DNA of 64,000 nucleotides from Escherichia coli (GTDB lineage Bacteria; Pseudomonadota; Gammaproteobacteria; Enterobacterales; Enterobacteriaceae): NCBI RefSeq assembly GCF_003991155.1, contig NZ_CP031293.1; one strand, 5' to 3'. Shown piece by piece: positions 33,467 to 42,300 of this stretch (position 1 is its first letter; each line of letters starts with the position of its first letter). The notes under the pieces were generated by a model. It saw only the letters and a program-made list of their open reading frames with translations, ran no database searches and was not told where the DNA came from. The position numbers and the translations under genes were made by a program.

Positions 33467-34036
33467 TTATATCTTCTTTATATCTAACACATCACTCTCC
33501 CATACTCGTTTAAATCTTGCTGCATTACTGGCTGTATATAATACCGTATGATGTATATTTCTGTGCCCTAAATAATCTTGTATTAGTCTGGTGTCTAACC
33601 CTTGATTAGCTAAAGCATACCCACAACCATGCCTAAGCATGTGAGGATGAATATTAATATTCATATTGTGACTATATTTCTTACACATCTTATACACATA
33701 TTGTCTCGAGATTTTATTTCCTTGACAAGAAAGAAATAAAGAGTCTTCAAAAGGTTTTTTTACTATGTTATCACGTAGTGCTAGCCATTTTTTTAATAAC
33801 AGAACAGTTTCTTTTTGCAGGGGATGTACTGTGGATAATCCATTTTTTAAACGCTTGATATATATTGCTGACTCTGAAAAGTCAATGTCGCTAATCTTTA
33901 GTGCAATAAGCTCGCTTACCCTAAGACCATGTACATATGCCATTTGTAACATGGCTTTATCTCTAATTTCATTTTTTGAACCGTTGATGGCTTCAAAAAA
34001 TAACAACCATTCACTATGAGTAATAAATTTGCGCAT
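33467..34036 (-). CDS. FimB/FimE-family tyrosine site-specific recombinase (IpuA/IpbA-like)
   Basis: 189 aa; C-terminal catalytic region with HPHMLRHGCGYALANQG...RLIQDYLGHRNIHHTVLYTA (R-H-R-Y tetrad pattern). Confidence 0.85.
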   Translation of the reverse strand: MRKFITHSEWLLFFEAINGSKNEIRDKAMLQMAYVHGLRVSELIALKISDIDFSESAIYIKRLKNGLSTVHPLQKETVLLLKKWLALRDNIVKKPFEDSLFLSCQGNKISRQYVYKMCKKYSHNMNINIHPHMLRHGCGYALANQGLDTRLIQDYLGHRNIHHTVLYTASNAARFKRVWESDVLDIKKI

Positions 34037-34078
34037 AATATTATCGGTTATACTAATTAAGTTAAAAAATAAACTATA

Positions 34079-34097
34079 AATACCAGAGCCTGGTATT
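34079..34097. promoter_or_regulatory. palindrome AATACCA-N5-TGGTATT, candidate operator
   Basis: perfect 7-bp inverted repeat with 5-bp spacer, about 45 bp upstream of recombinase 1 start. Confidence 0.3.
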
Positions 34098-34784
34098 ATT
34101 GCTTGTTTTTTATAAGCAAATAATGAGCTGGGGTTTAAATTATGCCACTAAATGGATATTCATCAATACCCCGCCAGAGAGATAGTTGCCCAGCGGGCAT
34201 AGATCATTGTTAGTCAACCAATGAGCATAAATAAGCACAAGGAGGTGTGTATTGCGAATAGTAATTCAATGACATGCTGGTGGTTTTTTTGTGGTGAAAA
34301 TATTTGTACCTTTTTGTTTACGGATGAAAAATAAACAGTCATATTATTTTGGTCAATTGTTGTGTTAGTTTTAACACTCGGTGATGTTTTTTGTTATAGT
34401 GCATTAAATTTTAAATAAAAAAATTCATACATTCATGGATGTAATATATACAAGATACAATGTTAATTTTAGATAAAATATTAATTGCATTGGATACTTT
34501 TTAAATATGCCGATGTTGAGCTTAATTTTATGAGGGAATGCTATTTCGGGTTGTAGGACTTTTTTATAATCATCTTATAGGGCTCTTTATATTTACAGGA
34601 GGGTTTTGAACGATAGTTACATAACGAAGGTTGTTTATATGCGTTTACAAGCGATTAATTAGATTAGGTGAATTTTAATAAATTAATCTATAATCATACA
34701 GCAACTATATGAATTATATTATTGACTAAATGTAATTCTTTCATCATAGTTGACATGGTTATTTTATATAAATAGAGGTGATTT

Positions 34785-35414
34785 ATGCAAAACAGAAAAT
34801 TTTTAACGCATCATGAAATTAATTTACTACTTCAATCTGTAAGACAAAAGAGTTGCTCTTCACGCGATGTTTGCATGATTTTATTGGCTTATTTTCATGG
34901 TCTGCGTGTTAGTGAGCTCTTATCTCTGCAGTTGTCAGATTTAGAACTAACTACAGAAAAAATATATATTCAACGGATAAAAAATGGATTCAGTACAGTC
35001 CATCCACTTCAAAAGGAAGAGGTGATTGCAATAACAAACTGGCTGAATGAAAGGAATTCATTAAATGTTAAACATTTCAATGATAACCCGTGGTTATTTG
35101 TTTCCCGAACAGGAAAACCATTATCGAGACAACGATTTTATAACATAGTTTCTGCTGCGGGTAAAAATGCAGGTTTAAATATTAAAGTTCATCCACATAT
35201 GTTACGCCATGCATGTGGTTATTCACTAGCAGATAATGGTGTGGATACCCGTCTTATTCAGGACTATCTCGGGCATCGTAATATCAGGCATACGGTAATT
35301 TATACTGCTTCTAATTCAATGAGATTTGAAAAAATGTGGGGGAGAGGTGACGCAAAAAAGCAACATTTTGACCCAAAATGTAAACCCAATCTTTGTTTAG
35401 AAATTCTCGTATAG
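34785..35414 (+). CDS. FimB/FimE-family tyrosine site-specific recombinase (IpuA/IpbA-like), adjacent to candidate switch
   Basis: 209 aa; HPHMLRHACGYSLADNG...RLIQDYLGHRNIRHTVIYTA catalytic motifs; good RBS AGAGGTG before the ATG. Confidence 0.85.
   Translation: MQNRKFLTHHEINLLLQSVRQKSCSSRDVCMILLAYFHGLRVSELLSLQLSDLELTTEKIYIQRIKNGFSTVHPLQKEEVIAITNWLNERNSLNVKHFNDNPWLFVSRTGKPLSRQRFYNIVSAAGKNAGLNIKVHPHMLRHACGYSLADNGVDTRLIQDYLGHRNIRHTVIYTASNSMRFEKMWGRGDAKKQHFDPKCKPNLCLEILV
35364..35380. repeat. left 17-bp palindromic site containing the 7-bp inverted-repeat core TGACCCA
   Basis: CATTTTGACCCAAAATG; core TGACCCA at 35369-35375, inside the last codons of recombinase 2. Confidence 0.5.
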
Positions 35415-35643
35415 AAAAACATTTTTTTCTATAAAAAACATTAAATTTACTGATTTAGATCAATGTGTGACGTCAATCTACACATAAAGAGGTAGGTTTG
35501 TCTTCTTTTTAATCTTTGGCGTATAAAGCCAAAATGTAAATAATAATCAAAATTATATTCTGAATTAAAATAAATACGCAGGTTTTTTACCTGCGTTTTG
35601 TGCTATTTATAGTTAATTAAATTGATGTTGTCAAAATGGGTCA
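35369..35643. promoter_or_regulatory. candidate invertible promoter element (fimS/ipuS-like switch)
   Basis: about 275 bp bounded by the perfect inverted repeat TGACCCA/TGGGTCA; contains a sigma70-like TTGTCT-18-TATAAA (35498-35527) and a hairpin plus T-tract (35576-35600); lies between a recombinase gene and the LuxR-autotransporter operon. Confidence 0.5.
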
Positions 35644-35648
35644 TTTTG
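35632..35648. repeat. right 17-bp palindromic site containing the 7-bp inverted-repeat core TGGGTCA
   Basis: CAAAATGGGTCATTTTG; core TGGGTCA at 35637-35643; same half-sites as the left site in swapped order. Confidence 0.5.
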
Positions 35649-35731
35649 TAAACCTGTGCCTCAAGGTTTGTCTCCCCCCGGTGTGCAAAGCAAAAGGAAA
35701 TTGGGAAAGGGGATAACAGGAAATTGATTGC

Positions 35732-36352
35732 ATGGTTTTGATTACGACGACAAAAAATATTTTTATAATTCAAGCAATTAAGAGTATGCGTTGGCGGGGT
35801 TTTTCGTACGTGAAAGTCATCGCTGTGGACGACTATTCTTCTCTGATTCGTGATTTTGGCACATCTTGCTTTCGGGATGAGCAATCGTTGTTGTTACCTG
35901 TATTCCCTGATAATGATTCTACTACCTGTATACGCTCACTGTATTTCATTCACCAATGGCTAAAAAGCCAGCCTGTCAATATTCCGTGCCTGGCATGGGG
36001 GGATAATGGTGTAGTTAGTAATAAAGGCATACCTTCCATACCGTGGAAATTAACAGCAGAGCAATTTTGTTTCTATATAGATAAATTTATCAATGGCTGG
36101 AGGTGCAAAAAAAATATTCGCGCGAGTCATAAAGTTTCTTTTTTAGAACGACAATTATCCCCGAGGGAGAAAAGTATCTTTATATATACCAAGGAAGGAA
36201 AAGATATTGCATGGATCTCTAACACCTTGGGTATATCCAGTAAGACTGTGTGGACGCATCGTCGTAGAGCTATGGATAAACTCGGGGTAAAACGTTTACA
36301 TCAATTTATAAATATTCCGCGTTCCCTTATTAGTGAAAATATTCAATTATAA
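35732..36352 (+). CDS. ipuR: LuxR-type transcriptional regulator (IpuR/HyxR-like)
   Basis: C-terminal LuxR/GerE HTH (LSPREKSIFIYTKEGKDIAWISNTLGISSKTVWTHRRRAMDKLGV); alternative start ATG 35786 (MRWRGF); symbol assigned by locus architecture from memory, not by alignment. Confidence 0.7.
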   Translation: MVLITTTKNIFIIQAIKSMRWRGFSYVKVIAVDDYSSLIRDFGTSCFRDEQSLLLPVFPDNDSTTCIRSLYFIHQWLKSQPVNIPCLAWGDNGVVSNKGIPSIPWKLTAEQFCFYIDKFINGWRCKKNIRASHKVSFLERQLSPREKSIFIYTKEGKDIAWISNTLGISSKTVWTHRRRAMDKLGVKRLHQFINIPRSLISENIQL

Positions 36353-36376
36353 TGTACGTTCAAGAGTATTAGTGTT

Positions 36377-39300
36377 ATGAATAAGATATATAAAGTCATT
36401 TGGAACCATACAACCCAAAAATGGGATGTTGTTTCAGAATTGACGAGTTGTAGAAAAAAATGTAAATCAACTCGCTTAGGAATTGCTTTATCAGCAATGG
36501 TTCTGGGGGGCGCTATTGCAATTAATTGCAATAACGCAATGGCAGATGTCATATTGTCACCAGACTGGCGTCCGGGTACGAATAACTCGGGTGTTGGGGC
36601 TGCAACAGTAAGTGGTAAAACCGAATACATCACTGGTCCAAATGTCGTCCAGTCTGGTGGGTCAGGTCTTATCTGGATGACTGTAGAACAGGCAATTTTA
36701 AATGGTTACACCACTGGAGATAATTTATCCGGATTGATTTACGTCAATACCGGAGAAAAAACAAAAACCATTACAGTGAAGGATGAGGCTACTGGCGCTT
36801 CTCAAACACTTCAAGTGTTTGATACTGACTCTTTCTCACAACGCGATGCGGGGACTGGGGGAAATGAAACCATTCCTGGTTTTAGTGGCACTGCAGATTT
36901 TTTCAATGCGACACGTTTTGTAACAGCCAATAATGGCGGTACGGCTATTTTGGATGTGGGTTCACCAGCAATCGGTAATTTTTTTAAAAATACACAGCTT
37001 GCTGTAGCTGATGGAGAAGGTTCCTCTGTTGTATGGAACTCGGTCAATGATTTTTATTTTCAGCCTGGTGCAACCATGCAGGGGGGCGGCGTTACTCAAA
37101 AAATCATTGACTCAATGAAATATGCTGGAACAATTACTGATTGGGCGGGAAAAACACACCATATTAACTCTCTTGATGATTTAAAGCAATATAATCAATA
37201 TTTGATAAAGTCACTAGAGGACAAAACGCTTTCTTATAAGCAGTATGATGCTGAATTTAATAAGGCCCTTATTGTCACCAAGCATAATTACAATGTGGAT
37301 ATGACCGCTGGGGGACGTATAGACTCAACTCCTTACAAAGAAAATGTAGGGCTGCTTGCTGTTCTCCATGCAACCAATAACGCACGAGCAATATTAGGTA
37401 AAACGGGTAAATTAACTGGAGTTCTTCCTGCCTATGGGAATGGAGGAGGGATCGTTGCAACTAATGGTGGGACCGGTGTTAATGAAGGGGTCATTGATGC
37501 CATTGGTACTGAAATGATTGCCTATCAAGACAGTACCATTGTTAACGATGGTACACTTTTTGTTTGGGATAATAATGATAAATATGCTCTCCAGGCAGAG
37601 GGGATGGTTGCCGGTAGTAATGGTTCTTCAGCCATTAATAATGGTGTTATTAATATTCGCCCATTTAAAAATGCTTTCGCTCCAGAGGGGATTAACACCG
37701 CAATTGTTGTTAGTAATGGGGGCATGGCAACAAATAAAGGCACAATAAATATTACTGCCGATGCATCAACTAATGATAATAATGGCAAAACACGAGGTGT
37801 AAATGTTGGAGCTGGAGGCTCTTTTATTAACTCGGCCTTCGGGAGCATCAATGTAGGTATTGCGGAGGATAAAACTGCGACTCATTCGGCTGTGGGTTCT
37901 GTTGCGATTGAAGTACAAAATGGTGCAAACAAAGTCGTTAATGAAGGTACTATTTTTTTGGGCAGGGGGGCTCAGGGGAACTACGGAGTCCTGGCAAAGG
38001 ATGCCGGGAGTGTTGATGTGGTAAATAAAGGGACTATCACTATTGACGGTTATGACAGTGATGCACCTGCACTGAATGTTGGCATGCTGGCAAATAATAG
38101 CTCCGGGATGAAAAACTCCGGGATTATCAATGTTAATGGTCTGAACAGTACCGGGCTACAGGTAATAAATGCAGGGCAATTAAATTCTGACGGTACGATA
38201 AATGTTGGCGGCGAGGGTATCAGTAGTGGTTTCCGTAACTATGGTGCCTGGGTGGAAGGTGCCGGAAGCAATGTTAATGTATCCGGAAAAATCAGTCTTG
38301 CCGGTACGGGGGCTGTGGGGGTTTTTGCCAAAGATGGCGGCAGTCTGACCCTGTCAGGCAATGGCGCAGTGCTATTTGGCAGCAGCGATCAGATAGGCTT
38401 TTATGTCTATGGAAAGGACTCTGCCATTCATAATACCGGAAGCGGTGTTATGGATGTGTCCACTGAAAACTCAACATTATTCCGTATTGCCAGCGGTGCG
38501 ACATTCCAGGGAACTGCAGATGCTTCTTCTGCACTTACGGCGTCTGGTAAGAACTCTTATGCACTTATTGCCACGGGGAAATCGGATGGCGGTGTGGCCT
38601 CGACAGTAACGTCTGGAGGAATGACCATCAACCTGACGGGTGAGGGGGCTACAGCGACTTTAATTGAAGGGGGAGCGCAGGGCACAATTGAAAGTAATGC
38701 CATTATCAATATGGATAATGCCAGTGCGATAGCCGGTATTGCGGATGGCAATGGCTATGATATTTCCGGCAACCTCATTAATCCGAAGGACAAGACCACA
38801 CTATTAACGGCGGGGGCTCAGTTAAGTTCCACCCAGGATAAAGTGACCGGGTATATCGCCCGTAATGGGGCCACTCTAAATAATACCGGTAATATCATCT
38901 TTACCGGAAAGAATACAGTGGGCGTCCGGGTTGAGGAAGGCGCTGTTGGAACCAACAGCGGAAATATTACCGTACAGGATGGCGGTGTGGGATTAATTGC
39001 CAGTGCGGTGCAGGAAACCACGACAATTAATAACTCGGGAAATCTCGTTCTCAAGGGGGGAGATAATGCTAACCGTACAACGGGTATAAAAGCATCTGGT
39101 ACAACAACAACGGTTAATATGACCGCGGGTACTATATCTTTGCAGGGACAGGGGGCGATTGGCGTTGAGGCCAGCAATAAAGGGACTGTTAACCTTGATG
39201 GCTCGGCAGTACCGAACTTTGCTGCTGACGGCTCTGGTATTACCGATCAGATTGCTTTTCGTATTATCGGAGATGGTGCAACCATTAAGACGAATATTGC

Positions 39301-42300
39301 ACCGGGAACTCTGCTGGATGCCAGTGGGGAACGTTCTGTACTTTTCCGTATTGAAGATGGGGCAAAACAGGCCGGCTCTCTGCTGATGAAAACCTCCGGG
39401 ACAGGCAGCCGTGGTATCTGGGCCACAGGGAAAGGGAGCAATGTCCTGGCTGAGGCTGGCAGTGATTTCCAGATCCTGGGCGCTCAGGCTCAGGGATTAT
39501 ATGTAACTGGTGGTGCGACAGCGACGCTGAAACAGGGGGCATCAGTTAACCTTGTAGGGGATGGCGCTGTTGTCGCGGAAGTTGACGGAAATGAATACGC
39601 TCTGGATGGCAGTATTACACAAACGAATACTGGCTCGGTTATTACCAATGAGGCAGATATCTCTTCGCCGCTGAATAATGCCAAGGGCTTTATTACGCGT
39701 AATCAGGGACTGTTGATTAACAGCGGCAACATTGATTTCACTGCCGGTACCGATAATATCGGCGTCTGGGTTGATAACGGCCGCTTTGAAAATACAGGAA
39801 GCCGTATTGCGGTCAATGGTGTTGCTTTATTTGTTGAAGGCGCACAGTCTCAGATTACCAGCACGGGAGGGGATATCGTCGCTGTGGACGGTGAGGCTGC
39901 CATTAAGCTGGGGGCGGGCGCGTCACTGAACCTGGCAGGGAGTGGCCTGGGAACGATCGAAGGTCAGAAAAATGCGCATGGCATCCTGCTGGATACAGGG
40001 GCTGTGGGGCTGGTTATTGATGGTGCGAAAATCAATGTTAATGCTGCAGGTGCGGTCGGTCACGGGATTGAGAACCGTGCAGAAATTGAAGGTATCCAGT
40101 TAACCAATACGACTGAAATTAATGTGGCTGATGGCATTGGTGTGCGAACTTCTGCTTCTCTGGCGAAGACCAACAGCGGCACTATTAATGTAGACGGCAG
40201 TGGAATTGCACTGGCGTTCCAGAAAGCTGACGGAAGTGAAACCGATAATAACCTGGATATGTCTGACTCCGGCGGATTAGTCATTAATCTGAAAGGCACG
40301 GGCGGCACGGGTATTTTCGCCAACACTAAAGATGGTGCTGTCGTGAAGAGTGGTGCAAGTGTCAATGTTACACAGGCCGATGGCGGTTCCGCTCTGGTGG
40401 TTAACAATGCGGCCAGTGAAGTGGTTCAGAGCGGTAATCTCATTTCTGCTTCTCTGAATCATGCCGTGGTGGATGCTTCAAAAGCACAGTCCTTTACCAA
40501 TAAAGGTCAGATTAAAGCTGCGTCCGCCACCGGGACTGCAATGGCGTTTGATGACGCAGTGAATACCACCGTACTGAATGACAGCGGCGCTAAAATTCAG
40601 GGCATTGTGGCCCTGAATGGGGGGGATAATTCATTTACCAATAAAGGCAGTATTACCGGAACCGTCAGTGCAAAAGAGGGTAACAATACATTTTTATTTG
40701 ATGATGGCAGCATACTGACAGGAGAAGTGACTGCAGGAAATGGCAATAACAATGTAACGCTCAATGGTAAGGCTCATGTTGATAAGGTTACTGCCGGTAC
40801 CGGGAAGAACACCTTCACCATTAAAGGCGAAGGGGCAACCTGGAACCTGCTGGATGGCGGGCAGGGAGATTCTGATTCCCTGATTTTTGATAACGCCATT
40901 CATACGCTGGATTCTGCTGTAAAACTACGGAATTTTGAACATGTCGGGCTGAAGAACAGTTCGCTTGTCACTCTGAAGGAAGCTCTTGTGCTGACCGATG
41001 GTGGGACCGGCCCGGGTTCCGTCGATATTGAAACGGGCAGCGAACTGACCATTATTCCTGCAGTTGCAGGCAACTTTACCTTTGATCCACTGTTAACAGG
41101 CACAGGAACACTGTCTGCCCGTCTTGATGCCGACACATCTGCTTTTGAATTCAGCCATAACGTCGGGGATCAATTTGCCGGAACTCTGAAGCTGGGTACC
41201 AGTAGCTTTGCTCTGGAAGGGCTGAATACGAGCGGGTTAACCCATGCAATGCTGATGTCTGAAACCGGGAATATCACAACGGTTGGCTCCGGTGTTCAGC
41301 AGATTGGCGGTCTTGGGTTCAATGGCGGAACGCTGATTTTTGGTTCCGTTATGCCGGGCGATACCATTGCCAGCAACAGTATTGAAACCTCTGCTGCAGG
41401 TACGCTGGATATCCGGGGGAAAGGCACAATTCAGGTCACCATGCCAGATGAAGTGATTAATGATATTCCGGCTGTTGATACCCGTAAGAATTTGCTGGAG
41501 CAGGATGATGCGCAGACCCTGGTCACACTGGTGAATGCAGCGGGTACCGTCACCGGTACTGGCGGGCAACTGCAACTGGTGGATGAAAACGGGCAGGCTA
41601 TTTCCCACAGTCAGACGTTTGATGTCACTCAGGGCGGTGAAGTTGTAGCTCAGGGAAATTATGACTATAAGCTGCTGGGAAGCTCCGACGGTGTTAAAGG
41701 TGACGGACTGTACATAGGCTATGGGCTGAAGTCGCTGGATTTACAGGGAACCGGTGATAAAGCGCTGGTGCTGACACCGAGAGCGAATGCCCAGGGACTG
41801 CAGACAGATCTTGGCGCACAGTTAACGGGGGCAGGGGATCTGGCCATCGAAGCTGCGGGGCAGGTTGTCACACTGTCTAACGGCGGTAATAACTACACCG
41901 GGGATACGCTGGTGCGCAGCGGCACATTACAGATGGCAAATGATAATGTACTTGGCGCAACAGGTAATCTGAACGTCGCCAGCAATGCCGTCTTCAGAAC
42001 AAACGGATACAGCCAGACTGTCGGTGCACTGCAGACAGAAACGGGAGCGCACATTCAGCTTGATAGCGGTAGTGTACTAACGGTCAGCGGCACGCAGCGT
42101 CAGCCGGGGGATGATAATGGTGGCATCATTGAAAACAATGTGCTGACCGGAGACGGTACGCTGGCTGTCACGGGCAGCAATCTGACGGTACATGGCACCA
42201 ATATCGGGTTTACCGGTAATGCCAGCCTTACCCAGGGGGCGCTGGTTGAAATGAACGGCGCACAGGGGCTGGGAAGCCAGGGCTCCATCAGCTTTGAAAG

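Noticed and set aside
35494..35673. Direct repeats AGGTTTGTCT (35494 and 35664) and TGTAAACC (35379 and 35647) around the switch
   Set aside because: Short direct repeats in AT-rich DNA, plausibly chance or part of recombinase-site flanks; they do not change the inverted-repeat model and were not called as separate features.
35603..35884. 93-aa minus-strand ORF overlapping the switch and the LuxR gene start
   Set aside because: No convincing ribosome-binding site, overlaps the better-supported LuxR ORF on the opposite strand, and the AT-rich sequence gives ORFs by chance.
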